The notes beneath the pieces were generated by a model. That model saw only the letters and a list, made by a program, of their open reading frames with translations. It was not told the origin of the DNA and searched no databases. DNA of 63,869 nucleotides, the filler included, from an uncultured Acidimicrobiia bacterium (GTDB lineage Bacteria > Actinomycetota > Acidimicrobiia > Spongiisociales > JAOTWH01): the NCBI GenBank assembly GCA_964347285.1. It is 3 parts of 3 records of this genome, joined end to end, with 100 filler letters (N's around TTAATTAATTAA, not from the genome) between each part and the next. Parts side by side here need not be neighbours in the genome. Positions count along the whole stretch, not along the records: positions 1 to 29,032 come from CAYFYE010000020.1; 2 more parts are not named here. One strand, written 5' to 3'. Both the position numbers and the translations under genes were made by a program. Below, piece by piece: positions 10,538 through 20,763 of the stretch; the first letter of the stretch is position 1, and every line of letters starts with the position of its first letter.

Positions 10538-12783
10538 ATCGCCACCTCGCGTCCCGGAAAGCCGGGATAGGGAATGCGACTGTGGTAGTAGCCCACCAGC
10601 GCCTGTACCAGCGCTCGTTTCACCCGAGTCAGCTCGCCGAACGTCAGCGAGCTCTCGTCGAGCTGGCCGTCCTCCAACTTCTCGGCGACCACCTGGTCCA
10701 CGGTCTTCTGAATGTTGTCCACCGACGGATCTTCGTGCTGAACCAGGGAGCGCACAGCGCCCTCGCACGCATCGGCGAGCATGAGGATTGCCATCTCCTT
10801 GCGCCTGGGCCGCTCCCCTTGGTGGCGGAAGAGATCGGGGTCGGCCCCCGGATCCTGGGCCAGCGCTTTGTGATAGAAGAACCGCATGATGCCCGTGCCG
10901 TGGTGCATCCGGATGCCCTCGACAACCTCGGCCGGCAGCCGATAACGGCGGGCCAGCTTCAAACCCTCGGTCACATGCTCGCGAATGATGTCGGCCGACT
11001 GCTCGGGCGTCATCTCGTCGTGAGGATTGGACACGCCGAATTGGTTCTCGATGAAGAATTGGGGGCGAGCGGTCTTGCCGAGGTCGTGGTAGTAGGCGGC
11101 CGCCTGGGCCAGCAGTGGATTCGCTCCGATGGAGCGTGCCGCTTTGCCGGCAAGCGTGCCGACCAGGATCGAGTGATTGAACGACCCCGGGGCCTGCTCC
11201 TCGATCAGCCGCAATGCCGGGTGGTTGCGGTCGGCCAGATCGAGCAGGGTGAGAGTGGTGGTGATACGGAAGGTGTTTTCGAAGAACGGAAGCAGACCGA
11301 GGGCAACGACTCCGGCGATGACTCCTCCGGCCGCTGAAGCTCCGGCGGCCGGGACGCCCAGATCGGGTCCCTCGAAGAACCAGGCGACGGCGGCCCCCCA
11401 CGGTGCCATGAGGGCGCCGGTGTACAGGACCGCAAGGCGGAGGCGAGTTCGACTGGAGGCCGCCGACACCAGCGGGATCGACACCACTGCGGCACCGGTG
11501 GCAAAGGCGGCTAGCTGCACGCTTCCGGTGGCCAGCGCCGTGAAGGCGCCCACCGGGAACGCCATGAGCACCGCCGTGCGCGGATCGAACAGGATCGCCG
11601 CCAGGTAACCAAAGGAGGCGGCCGGAATCAGATAGCTGAGTTCCGGCTGCTCGTTCCCGATGAACTCGGGGATACGTGACATGAGGGCGGCCAGGACCAG
11701 CAGCAGGCCGAAGAGTGCGACCAGCTTGGGCTGGGCCCAGTGGTTGCCCGCCACCCGCCACAGGATGAGGACCGCCAAGATCACTACCAGCGCTCCTCCG
11801 GCGGCCAGCGCCTCGAGGCGGGGCTGCTCCCCCGGCTCTATGAGGTCGAGCTCGAGGATGGCGGACAGCTGCACCGGAGTGACGATCTCGCCTTCGTCGA
11901 CGATCTTCTGGCCGATGACGAAGGTCTCCACGACGTCGGGCTCGTTCGCTTCGGCCTCGTTGCGAGCCGCCTCGGTGGCCTCCTCGTCGATGCGCCGGTT
12001 GACCTGGAGGAAGCTGGCCACCACATCGGCAACCGCCGCCTCGACGGCCTCTCGCTCCTCCTCGTCGAGTCCGGGCACGAACAGGCGCGGCGGCGCCGCC
12101 AGCAGGTCGGCACGCACCCTGGTGAGCTCCCCCGATTCGATACCGTCCCCGACTTCGAGGGTCCGCCGGGCCAGATCGTTGGCCTCGGCCCGGATGTCGT
12201 CGAAGACCGGCGACCCGCCGGCGACAACCCGCAAGAAGTCTCCGTTGAGGACCTCGAGAACGGCGGCAATCGTGGCGTCGGAGACCAGCCCGCCGTATTC
12301 CCCGCTCAGTCGCTCGGTCTGGGTCTCGAGGTCGGCAGGCGGAGGCACGGTGGTCGGCGGGGCGGAGGTGGGCACGCCCTCCTCGAAACCACTCACCTCG
12401 TCGTCGGGAATCTGCTCGGCGGACGGCTCTTCGATCGGCTCACTAGGGGCCACTTCGGGTTCGAGGGGGGCGGTGGCTTCCTCGGCTCGGGCAAAGAAGC
12501 GTTGCACGTCGGCCAGGACCGCCCGGGTGGCGTCCTCGTCCTGGACGTAGACGGTTTCTACCTGGTTGCGGGCCAACTGCTTGGCCGTGGCCGTTGCCTC
12601 GAGATCCACGACGGTCACGGTGGCGTCGGCAACGAAATCCTGGGGCGAGGGTTGACCCTCGATGGGCGGGGGCGGCGGCTCGGCGGCGGCCTGGCCGACC
12701 ACGAGGGCGAGCGCCGATGCCACGATGGTGAGCGCCAGCACCATCGCCCGGATGATCCCGGGTCGCCTGGGCGAGGAGCTCAT
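10534..12783 (-). CDS. 7TM-HD phosphohydrolase (PgpH-like cyclic di-AMP phosphodiesterase)
   Basis: N-terminal TM, extracellular domain, several TMs, then APGSFNHS, YYHDLGK, FFIENQ, HHGT, LADACEGA. Lies between phoH and ybeY. Confidence 0.85.
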   Translation of the reverse strand: MSSSPRRPGIIRAMVLALTIVASALALVVGQAAAEPPPPPIEGQPSPQDFVADATVTVVDLEATATAKQLARNQVETVYVQDEDATRAVLADVQRFFARAEEATAPLEPEVAPSEPIEEPSAEQIPDDEVSGFEEGVPTSAPPTTVPPPADLETQTERLSGEYGGLVSDATIAAVLEVLNGDFLRVVAGGSPVFDDIRAEANDLARRTLEVGDGIESGELTRVRADLLAAPPRLFVPGLDEEEREAVEAAVADVVASFLQVNRRIDEEATEAARNEAEANEPDVVETFVIGQKIVDEGEIVTPVQLSAILELDLIEPGEQPRLEALAAGGALVVILAVLILWRVAGNHWAQPKLVALFGLLLVLAALMSRIPEFIGNEQPELSYLIPAASFGYLAAILFDPRTAVLMAFPVGAFTALATGSVQLAAFATGAAVVSIPLVSAASSRTRLRLAVLYTGALMAPWGAAVAWFFEGPDLGVPAAGASAAGGVIAGVVALGLLPFFENTFRITTTLTLLDLADRNHPALRLIEEQAPGSFNHSILVGTLAGKAARSIGANPLLAQAAAYYHDLGKTARPQFFIENQFGVSNPHDEMTPEQSADIIREHVTEGLKLARRYRLPAEVVEGIRMHHGTGIMRFFYHKALAQDPGADPDLFRHQGERPRRKEMAILMLADACEGAVRSLVQHEDPSVDNIQKTVDQVVAEKLEDGQLDESSLTFGELTRVKRALVQALVGYYHSRIPYPGFPGREVAI

Positions 12784-13754
12784 TCGGCCTGCGCTTCCTC
12801 GAAGCGCCGATAGGCCTCGACGATCGAAGCGACGATGCGGTGACGAACGACGTCGTCGGCCGACAGCTCCACAGAGGAGACGCCGGGAATCCCTTCGAGA
12901 ATCCGCCCGGCCAGCCCGAGGCCCGACCGGCGGCCCTCGGGAAGATCGACCTGGGTGACGTCGCCGGTGATCACCATCTTGGAATTGAAACCGAGTCGGG
13001 TCAGGAACATCTTCATCTGCTCGGGCGAGGTGTTCTGCGCTTCATCGAGCACGACAAAGGCGTCGTTGAGTGTCCTTCCCCTCATGTAGGCCAGCGGGGC
13101 GATCTCGATCGTCCCTCGCTCGAGGAGTCGTAGGGTCTCGTCGGTACCGACCATTTCGTAGAGGGCGTCGTAGAGGGGACGGAGGTAGGGGTCCACCTTG
13201 GCGGCCAAATCCCCAGGGAGAAAGCCAAGCCTCTCGCCGGCCTCGACGGCAGGACGGGTGAGGATGATGCGGCTGACCGCTCCGTCCTGCAGCGCCTCGA
13301 CGGCGGCAGCCATCGCCAAGTAGGTTTTGCCCGTACCGGCCGGACCGATGGCAAAGACGAGCGTGCTGTCCCTGATCGCCTCGAGGTACAGCTTCTGGCC
13401 CAACGTCTTGGTACGGACCACCTTGCCCCGGCCCACCCGGACCCCGGCCGTGAATATTCCGGCCGGACTGGGAACGTCGCTGAGGACGAGGTCGATGACT
13501 CGCCGCACCTGGTCGTCCTCGAGGACCTCGCCTTCCTGGGCGAGGATGAGTAGCTCCTCGAACACCGTCCGCACGCTCTGCACGTCGTTCTCGGGAGCGC
13601 TGACGACGAGCTCGTTGCCGCGGGCCACGATGCGGGCTTTGGGAAACGCCTCTTCGACTACTCGTAAATGAGCGTCCCTCTCGCCCAGCAGGTCGAGCAT
13701 CAGATGGTTGCTGGGAACCCGAATCCTGGCCTCAGTCAGTGATGCTTGCGTCAC
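12780..13754 (-). CDS. phoH: PhoH family ATPase
   Basis: GPAGTGKTYLA, RPAVEAGERLGFLPG, YMRGRTLND, DEAQN. Confidence 0.95.
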   Translation of the reverse strand: MTQASLTEARIRVPSNHLMLDLLGERDAHLRVVEEAFPKARIVARGNELVVSAPENDVQSVRTVFEELLILAQEGEVLEDDQVRRVIDLVLSDVPSPAGIFTAGVRVGRGKVVRTKTLGQKLYLEAIRDSTLVFAIGPAGTGKTYLAMAAAVEALQDGAVSRIILTRPAVEAGERLGFLPGDLAAKVDPYLRPLYDALYEMVGTDETLRLLERGTIEIAPLAYMRGRTLNDAFVVLDEAQNTSPEQMKMFLTRLGFNSKMVITGDVTQVDLPEGRRSGLGLAGRILEGIPGVSSVELSADDVVRHRIVASIVEAYRRFEEAQAE

Positions 13755-13800
13755 GTAGTCCTCTGAAGGGAAAGGGGGGTCGACATCCATTCTATCGGCC

Positions 13801-13846
13801 CGCACAGGACTCTCTGTAAGACTCCCGCAGGACTCTCCGTAAGACT
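13801..13846 (-). promoter_or_regulatory. Tandem direct repeats upstream of the phoH promoter (candidate operator)
   Basis: AGTCTTACGGAGAGTCCTG and AGTCTTACAGAGAGTCCTG, 23-bp period, just upstream of a TAGAAT -10 hexamer. Confidence 0.55.
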
Positions 13847-14191
13847 TCAGCCCGGCGGCCAGGCCAGGGGACGCCCGCCCAGCAGGTGAAAATGGAGATG
13901 AAACACGCTCTGGCCGGCGCCCGGCCCCACGTTGGTGAGCAACCGCCAACCTCCCTCGAGGCCCTCCCGCCGTGCCAATCGGGCGGCCAGGGAGAACACC
14001 TCCGCCAAAGTCTCGCCGCTGTCCCGATCCAGATCCGCTGCCGAGGGCACATGGTCGCTGGGCACGATGAGAATGTGAGTCGGCGCCTGGGGATTGATGT
14101 CCCGAAAAGCGACAGCTCCCTGAGTGCGTTCGACGATGTCGGCCGGGACGTCGCCGGCCACGATCCCACAGAACAGGCAGTCGCCGCTCAC
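13847..14191 (-). CDS. Histidine triad (HIT) nucleotide-binding protein
   Basis: CLFC, FRDINPQAPTHIL, GQSVFHLHFHLLGG. Confidence 0.93.
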   Translation of the reverse strand: MSGDCLFCGIVAGDVPADIVERTQGAVAFRDINPQAPTHILIVPSDHVPSAADLDRDSGETLAEVFSLAARLARREGLEGGWRLLTNVGPGAGQSVFHLHFHLLGGRPLAWPPG

Positions 14192-14207
14192 GGCGGAGTG
14201 GACCGGT

Positions 14208-14693
14208 TCAGGAAGAAGTGAGGCCCAGCTCGGCGAGCCGATCGGCGAAGTCGGTCTCGGTCTGATCGAGCAGCAGGGAGAGCGTGCGGAGATCGTCTCG
14301 ACGGAGCGTGAGCACCCGGCCGTTGAAATCCTGGCGCATCATCTGCACTGCCCTCAGGAAACGCTCGATCAGCTGGGCATCGGGCCCCGTCAGGTTTTCG
14401 AGCGCATTCAGGTCGATCGTCACGCCGCCCGTCGGAACAGGAGCGATGGGCGTCTCGCGAGCCTCTTCTTGGGGCAAGAGCTGGTTGATCGGAACCTGGT
14501 AGAAGGACGCCAAACGCTGCATACGTGGCAGAGAGAGGCTGCGCTCACCCCGCTCATAGGCGCCGAGCACGGCGGCCTTGAACTCTCCTTCGGAGAGGCG
14601 TTGCACGTCCTGAAGCGATAGACCTCGCTGCTTCCGGATGGTGCGCAGTCTGCCGCCGACGGCCTGGTTGTAAGTTGCAGTCCCTTCCTCCAC
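14208..14693 (-). CDS. bldD: BldD-family XRE transcriptional regulator with c-di-GMP-binding C-terminal domain
   Basis: RLRTIRKQRGLSLQDV...FKAAVLGAYERGER N-terminal domain; RQDFNGRVLTLRRDD fits RxD-X8-RxxD. Confidence 0.85.
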   Translation of the reverse strand: MEEGTATYNQAVGGRLRTIRKQRGLSLQDVQRLSEGEFKAAVLGAYERGERSLSLPRMQRLASFYQVPINQLLPQEEARETPIAPVPTGGVTIDLNALENLTGPDAQLIERFLRAVQMMRQDFNGRVLTLRRDDLRTLSLLLDQTETDFADRLAELGLTSS

Positions 14694-14827
14694 GGTGCAC
14701 TACTCCCTCAGCACTCACAGCGCGCAGCGTAACGCGCTAAGTGAGCGCTATAATAGTCGGCCGCCCCTACCCCATGCAGCCTTTTCGTGGGGTCATTTCA
14801 GGGATAGTCACTCCGCGCTCAAAGTGA

Positions 14828-15916
14828 CTAGTCATTCGAGGCCGAACGTCGACGCCGCTTGAGCTCTTTGGGCCGTTCCCCGCTGAGGGAGGCATAGGAC
14901 CGGAGGGCCTCTTCCTGAGCGGCGGTGAGCCGGTCGGGAATCGTCACTTCGACTTCGACCAGGAGGTCGCCCCGACCTCGGCGCCGCAGCCGAGGCATGC
15001 CTTTGCGGGGCATCCGGAACACTGCGCCCGGCTGGGTGCCGGCCGGCACATCGAGGACCGTTTCCCCATCCCCGATGAGCGGGATGGCCGCCGACGTCCC
15101 CAGAGCCGCCTCACTGATGCCCAGTTTCAGGGTATGGACCAGGTCATCGGCCTCCCTCCTGAACCGAGGGTCGGGCTGCACATTCACCTCGACATAGAGA
15201 TCGCCCGGGGGGCCGCCCCGCTCGGCACCCCCGCCCCGCCCGGCCAAGCGAAGGCGGACCCCGTCGCCGATCCCGGCCGGGATCTGCACGGTGACGACGC
15301 GCTCTTCTTCCACCAGGCCGGAGCCGGTGCACGCCGCACAAGGGTGCTCGACATACCGGCCCGACCCGCCACATCGATCACACGTGGTGATGGCGCTCAT
15401 CTCGCCGAGCAACGTGTGCCGGGCGACGCGGATGGCGCCATTGCCCCCGCAGCGAGGACAGGTCACTGCGCCATGAGACGGATCGGCCCCGGTGCCGTCG
15501 CACACGGTGCAGATGGATGCGGCCCGAAACGAGATCTCCCGGTCGACCCCCAGCGCCGCTTCCTCGAGCGTTATCGCCGTGGCAACGATGATGTCGGCCC
15601 CCCGGACCCGCGTCGTGCCGAAGCCGGGGCCGAATGGAGTTCCTCCGAAGAAGGTGTTGAGCAGATCCTCGATGCCGGCAAAGCTGGAGAACAAGGTAGA
15701 CATGTCGAATTGGTCGCCCCGGTCGTAAGCAGCTCGCCGGGAGGGATCCGACAGGACCTCATAAGCCTCGGCCACCTCACGGAACCGGGCCTCGGCGAGG
15801 GGGTCTCCGGGGTTGGCATCCGGATGAGTGTCCCGGGCAAGACGGCGAAACGCCTTCTTGATGTCCTCGGACGATGCATCACGCCCAACGCCGAGGATCT
15901 CGTAGTAGTCCTTCAC
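14828..15916 (-). CDS. dnaJ: Chaperone DnaJ
   Basis: J domain with HPD, four CxxCxGxG repeats. Confidence 0.96.
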   Translation of the reverse strand: MKDYYEILGVGRDASSEDIKKAFRRLARDTHPDANPGDPLAEARFREVAEAYEVLSDPSRRAAYDRGDQFDMSTLFSSFAGIEDLLNTFFGGTPFGPGFGTTRVRGADIIVATAITLEEAALGVDREISFRAASICTVCDGTGADPSHGAVTCPRCGGNGAIRVARHTLLGEMSAITTCDRCGGSGRYVEHPCAACTGSGLVEEERVVTVQIPAGIGDGVRLRLAGRGGGAERGGPPGDLYVEVNVQPDPRFRREADDLVHTLKLGISEAALGTSAAIPLIGDGETVLDVPAGTQPGAVFRMPRKGMPRLRRRGRGDLLVEVEVTIPDRLTAAQEEALRSYASLSGERPKELKRRRRSASND

Positions 15917-15919
15917 CGA

Positions 15920-16915
15920 TCAGTTCCCCAGGCTCTCGCCCAGACCCTCGCCGACCTCTTCGACGACTCCTATCGTCCGCCGGTAGTCCATACGCATCGG
16001 GCCCAGCACTCCGAGCCGACCGGCCGCCCCGGCGCCGGCCGCGTACGAGGTGGCGATTAGGGCGAGGTCGGCGTCTTCGAGGGGCAACTCTGAGCCGATG
16101 CGGACCAGCGTGCCCTCGTCGGCCTCCTCGAGCAACTTCTGGATCGAGGCTTCTTGCTCCAACAGATCGAGGATCCTCTGGACTTTGGCGAGGTCCTGCC
16201 ACAGCGCCGCCAGACGGCTCGTACCGCCCAGATAGAGGTCGGAGGGGTGCCCGACGGATTGGGTGACCGCATCGATCACGGTCTTGGCCAGACGGCGCAC
16301 CTGCGGTGGGGCCTCGGAGGCCGACTCGATGCGGTCGGCCGCGGCGGCGATCGAGCCCCCGCAGCACGTCTCGGCCACCAATGCCTCGGCGGCCTCGACG
16401 TCCTCGACGGCCACCGGTTCGGCAAGCTGGGCCACCTCCTTCACCACCCGGCCCGAGTTGGTGACGATGACGGCCAGCACGGCTCGCTCGGACAGCTGGA
16501 CAACATGGATTCCCCGTATCGGTTCGCCGGCGGTAGTGGGACCGAGGACCAGGGCAGGAAGATGGGTGATCTCGGCAACGAGATCGGACGTGCTCTGCAG
16601 CATTCTCCCCAGCTCATCGTGGATGGTGGTGAAGAAGCTTTCGATCTTGGCCCGGATTGCCGACCGGAGCCGGACCGGCGAGAGGTGGTCGACGTAGTAG
16701 CGGTAAGCCTGGGCGGTGGGCACCCGGCCTGCCGAGGTGTGTGGCTGAACGGCGTAGCCGTCACGCTCCAGCACCACCAGGTCGTTGCGCACGGTGGCAC
16801 TGGAGACCGACAGCCCGCTGGCATCGAGGATGGCGCGTGAGCTCACCGGCTCACCGGTCTGGATGTGTACCTCGACCAGCGCCTTGAGAACGGCTGCCTT
16901 GCGTTCATCGAGCAT
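15920..16915 (-). CDS. hrcA: Heat-inducible transcription repressor HrcA
   Basis: SSATVRND, QPHTSAGRVPT, GVLGPMRMDY. Confidence 0.96.
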   Translation of the reverse strand: MLDERKAAVLKALVEVHIQTGEPVSSRAILDASGLSVSSATVRNDLVVLERDGYAVQPHTSAGRVPTAQAYRYYVDHLSPVRLRSAIRAKIESFFTTIHDELGRMLQSTSDLVAEITHLPALVLGPTTAGEPIRGIHVVQLSERAVLAVIVTNSGRVVKEVAQLAEPVAVEDVEAAEALVAETCCGGSIAAAADRIESASEAPPQVRRLAKTVIDAVTQSVGHPSDLYLGGTSRLAALWQDLAKVQRILDLLEQEASIQKLLEEADEGTLVRIGSELPLEDADLALIATSYAAGAGAAGRLGVLGPMRMDYRRTIGVVEEVGEGLGESLGN

Positions 16916-16930
16916 GGCCCGATGGGCAGG

Positions 16931-16957
16931 TTAGCAGTCTCCCGTTGGGACTGCTAA
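16931..16957. promoter_or_regulatory. CIRCE operator (variant)
   Basis: TTAGCAGTC-N9-GACTGCTAA perfect inverted repeat 15 nt upstream of hrcA; consensus is TTAGCACTC-N9-GAGTGCTAA. Confidence 0.9.
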
Positions 16958-17023
16958 CAACACGGCCCGGCCTGCCGCCCGCCGCGCCGAGCTGCCGCGG
17001 TGGCCGGTACCGGACCGGAGAGA

Positions 17024-18844
17024 TCATCGTCGGGCTCCATTGGGCTCGTCGACCCTCAGGACGGAGATGAATGCCTCCTGGGGAACTTCTACCCGGCCCA
17101 CCATCTTCATGCGCCTCTTCCCCGCTTTCTGGCGCTCCAAGAGCTTGCGCTTTCGAGTGACGTCGCCGCCGTAGAGCTTGGCAGTGACATCCTTTCGGAG
17201 CGCCTTCACCGTCTCGCGGGCGATGATCCGGCTGCCCACCGCTGCCTGGATCGGAACGTCGAAGAGCTGGCGGGGGATCAGCTCGCCGAGCCTCTGCACC
17301 ATGGCGCGTCCGTACGGGTAGGCCTTGTCTTTGTGGGTGATCGCCGAGAAAGCATCGACGGCAACCCCATTGAGCAGGATGTCGACCCGTACCAGATCGG
17401 AGGCCCGATAGGCACCGGGCTCGTAGTCGAGCGAGGCATAGCCTCGGGTCCGAGATTTGAGCTGGTCGAAGAAGTCGAAGACCACTTCCGAAAGCGGAAG
17501 TGAGTAGCGCAGCTCCACCCGCTCGGGCGAGAGGTACTGCATCTCCCCCATCTCGCCGCGACGGCTCTGGGCCAGGTCCATGACCGTCCCCACGTACTCG
17601 TCGGGAGTGATGATCAGCGCCTCCACGTAGGGCTCCTGGACATGATCTATTGCCGAACGGTCGGGCATGTCGTGGGGACCATGGATCTCGATCACCGATC
17701 CCCCGCCGAGCACGACCCGGTAGGCGACCGAGGGAGCGGTGGCGACCAGGTCGAGGTCGTACTCGCGCTCCAAGCGCTCCCTCACGATCTCCATGTGGAG
17801 GAGGCCCAGGAAACCGCACCGGAATCCGAAGCCCAGCGCTCGGGAGGTTTCGGGCTCGTACCGGAGTGACGAGTCGTTGAGCCGCAGCTTCTCGAGCGCG
17901 TCGCGCATCCGTTCGAAGTCGTCGCCCTCGGCGGGGAAGAGGCCGGCAAACACCATGGGCCTGGGCTCCCGATAGCCGGGGAGCGCCTCCGCAGCGGGCC
18001 GGTCGGCCCGAGTCACGGTATCTCCCACTCGGATCTTGTCGATCTCCTTGACTCCGGTAACCAGGTAGCCGACCTCACCGGAGGCCAACGCCGCCACCGG
18101 AACGGCGTGGGGAGACAGGATGCCCACTTCGTCGGCCTGGGGGCACTCGGCGCTGGCCATGAAGCGAACCGGGTCGCCCTTGCCGAGCTTGCCGTCGACA
18201 ACGCGTACATGACAAACCACTCCCCGGTAGAGGTCGTAGTAGGAATCGAAGACGAGGGCCCGCAACGGGGCAGAGGCCTCTCCGGAGGGTGGCGGCAGTC
18301 GAGTCACGATCGCTTCCAGCAAAGCGTCGACTCCCCGGCCGGTCTTGGCCGATACGGCCAGCACATCGTCGGGCGATCCCCCCAGAACGGCCGAGATCTC
18401 GGCCGCCACCCGCTCAGGCTCGGCGGCGGGAAGGTCGATCTTGTTGACGACCGGGATGATCTCCAGGCCTCCTTCAACCGCCAGGTAGGCATTGGCCAGC
18501 GTCTGCGCCTCCACGCCCTGGCTGGCGTCCACGAGCAGGATGGCTCCTTCGCAGGCTTCGAGGCTGCGCGACACCTCGTACGCGAAATCGACATGTCCGG
18601 GGGTGTCGATGAGATTCAGGGCATAGGTCTCGCCGTCGGCGCCCTGGTAGCGCAGCCGGACCGCCTGCGCCTTGATCGTGATCCCCCGCTCACGCTCGAT
18701 TTCCATGGTGTCGAGCACCTGCTCACGCATGTCTCGCTCGGCGATCGATCCGGTGAGCTCCAGGAGTCGATCGGCCAGAGTCGACTTGCCGTGATCGATG
18801 TGGGCGATGATTGAGAAGTTGCGAATGCGCGCTTGGGCGTCCAT
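17024..18844 (-). CDS. lepA: Elongation factor 4
   Basis: [50 protein letters not shown] at 18844. Confidence 0.97.
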   Translation of the reverse strand: MDAQARIRNFSIIAHIDHGKSTLADRLLELTGSIAERDMREQVLDTMEIERERGITIKAQAVRLRYQGADGETYALNLIDTPGHVDFAYEVSRSLEACEGAILLVDASQGVEAQTLANAYLAVEGGLEIIPVVNKIDLPAAEPERVAAEISAVLGGSPDDVLAVSAKTGRGVDALLEAIVTRLPPPSGEASAPLRALVFDSYYDLYRGVVCHVRVVDGKLGKGDPVRFMASAECPQADEVGILSPHAVPVAALASGEVGYLVTGVKEIDKIRVGDTVTRADRPAAEALPGYREPRPMVFAGLFPAEGDDFERMRDALEKLRLNDSSLRYEPETSRALGFGFRCGFLGLLHMEIVRERLEREYDLDLVATAPSVAYRVVLGGGSVIEIHGPHDMPDRSAIDHVQEPYVEALIITPDEYVGTVMDLAQSRRGEMGEMQYLSPERVELRYSLPLSEVVFDFFDQLKSRTRGYASLDYEPGAYRASDLVRVDILLNGVAVDAFSAITHKDKAYPYGRAMVQRLGELIPRQLFDVPIQAAVGSRIIARETVKALRKDVTAKLYGGDVTRKRKLLERQKAGKRRMKMVGRVEVPQEAFISVLRVDEPNGARR

Positions 18845-18928
18845 GGGAATTCCGGGAGCCGCGCATTGTACCGTTGGGGGGACCCTTGCTATCGTTGCGC
18901 CGATCCCCCTACCCGTGGCAGGTTCACC

Positions 18929-19198
18929 GTGGCCAACATCCGATCTCAAATGAAGCGCAACCGCCAGATGGTCAAGCGCCAGGCCCGCAACAAGGCCGTG
19001 CGTTCGGAGGCCAAGACGCGGGCGCGCCAGGCTCTGGCGGCGGCCGAGGCCGGCGACGCCGAAGCCGCCCAGGAGGCTCTGCGGCGGGCCCAGCGCACCA
19101 TCGACTCTGCCGTCTCCAAGGGCGTCTTTCATCGCAACACCGCGGCCCGCCGCAAATCCCGACTGTCCCACAGGGTTCGGCGGCTGCTGGGGAGCTGA
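18929..19198 (+). CDS. rpsT: 30S ribosomal protein S20
   Basis: [28 protein letters not shown]. Confidence 0.95.
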   Translation: MANIRSQMKRNRQMVKRQARNKAVRSEAKTRARQALAAAEAGDAEAAQEALRRAQRTIDSAVSKGVFHRNTAARRKSRLSHRVRRLLGS

Positions 19199-19209
19199 GA
19201 GGCGGTGCC

Positions 19210-19689
19210 GTGAGCGACCCTCCCGTAACCTGGCTCACCGCCGCCGCCCACGAGAAGCTTCGCCACGAGCTGCACGAGCTGGAAACCGATGGCCGGCGCC
19301 GGGTGTCCGAGCGGATCGCCGAGGCCCGCTCCCACGGCGACATACGGGAGAACGCCGAATACGACGCCGCCAAGGACGAGCAGGGACTCATCGAGGCCCG
19401 CATCCGCAAGCTGCGGCGGCTGCTGGAGAACGCCCACGTCGCAGAGGTGACCGGCGACGGAACGGTCCAGGTGGGGACGCTCGTCACCGTGGCCGAGCCG
19501 GACGGCGAGCAGATGGAGATCTTCGTCGCGCCCGCCGAGAACAAGATCGCCGGCGTGCTGTTGGCCTCGCCCGACAGCCCGCTGGGAAGCGCCCTGATCG
19601 GCGCCGCACCGGGGGACTCGGTGACCTACGAGGCGCCGGCCGGCTCGTTCACCTACGAAGTAGTGGCCATCCGGCCGTTCGAAGGCTGA
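19210..19689 (+). CDS. greA: Transcription elongation factor GreA
   Basis: [27 protein letters not shown]. Confidence 0.95.
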   Translation: MSDPPVTWLTAAAHEKLRHELHELETDGRRRVSERIAEARSHGDIRENAEYDAAKDEQGLIEARIRKLRRLLENAHVAEVTGDGTVQVGTLVTVAEPDGEQMEIFVAPAENKIAGVLLASPDSPLGSALIGAAPGDSVTYEAPAGSFTYEVVAIRPFEG

Positions 19690-19711
19690 GGCGCCTCCGG
19701 CCGAGCACGAT

Positions 19712-20719
19712 CTAGGAGACTTTCCGTCCCCCGCCGTACCAGCGGCACAGGGCCACGGTCAGCCGTTCCAATGTCAGGCGATGGGTGGCCTCGGGGGCGG
19801 TCTTCAGCAGCAGGTCGGCCCGGGACACGGCGTCGAGGGCCCGGGCCAGATCCTGTTCCCTCGTGTCGTGACGCCGCCGCCACGCCTTCTGCACCGGAAA
19901 CGTCTCGGCGCCGGCCCCGATCCACTCGGCAAGGGTGCCCAGATTGGGTGCGGCGGCGGCCAGCGAGCGACGGCGCAGATCGTTCTCCACGAAGGCCAGC
20001 AATTGGAGCGGGTGGCCGTGGACGAGAAAATCGGACAGCCGCCGCAGGGCGGTACCGACGTCGCCGTCGGCCACTGCATCGGAGTAGTGCCACATCGGCT
20101 CATCGGGCCGGTTGCGGAATCGCGTCTGGATCTCCTCGGCGGACACCTCTCCCTCCCCGGACGCCGCCAGCTGGTCGAGGGCCTGGCCCAGGGCGGCCAC
20201 ATCGGATCCGAAGCGCTGCAGGAGCAGCGCGGCGGCGTCGCCGTGCAGCTTGAGGCGCCGGCCCCGGGCCGCCTGGGCCAGCCACTCCGAAGCGTCCCGT
20301 TCCCGCAGCTTCTTGACCTGGATCGACTCTCCCTGGGCGGCCAGCACCTTCCCGAGCGGCTGGGGCAGGGACCCGGCCGCGAGGAAGACGGCCGTCACCG
20401 TCTCGGGGTTGACGTGTTCGATCAGCTCGGCAATGGCCTCGGCTTCCCCCTTGAGCAGGTGGTGGGCATCGACCACGAGCACGCCGGTTCGTTCCCCGAA
20501 CAGAGAGCCGCTCTGCAGTGCGGGCACGATCGGTTCGACGGCGTGGCGGAGCGTGCCGTGCTCCTCCTCGGCCTCGGCTGTTCCCCGCCCGGGCACATCG
20601 ATGCGCACCGTGGGCGTCGTGTCCAGCTGCTCGAAGACCTGCCGGGCCCGATCGAGCATCTCCTGGCGCTCGCCGGGGCCGGCGTCGCGCGGGCCGGACA
20701 CCACCACCAACGACTTCAT
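19712..20719 (-). CDS. holA: DNA polymerase III delta subunit
   Basis: SLFGERTGV motif, about 335 aa, position between comEC and rpsT. Confidence 0.8.
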   Translation of the reverse strand: MKSLVVVSGPRDAGPGERQEMLDRARQVFEQLDTTPTVRIDVPGRGTAEAEEEHGTLRHAVEPIVPALQSGSLFGERTGVLVVDAHHLLKGEAEAIAELIEHVNPETVTAVFLAAGSLPQPLGKVLAAQGESIQVKKLRERDASEWLAQAARGRRLKLHGDAAALLLQRFGSDVAALGQALDQLAASGEGEVSAEEIQTRFRNRPDEPMWHYSDAVADGDVGTALRRLSDFLVHGHPLQLLAFVENDLRRRSLAAAAPNLGTLAEWIGAGAETFPVQKAWRRRHDTREQDLARALDAVSRADLLLKTAPEATHRLTLERLTVALCRWYGGGRKVS

Positions 20720-20763
20720 CGGGGGCACGGTACTCACTCGGATGGACGCTTGCCGTCCGGTGG

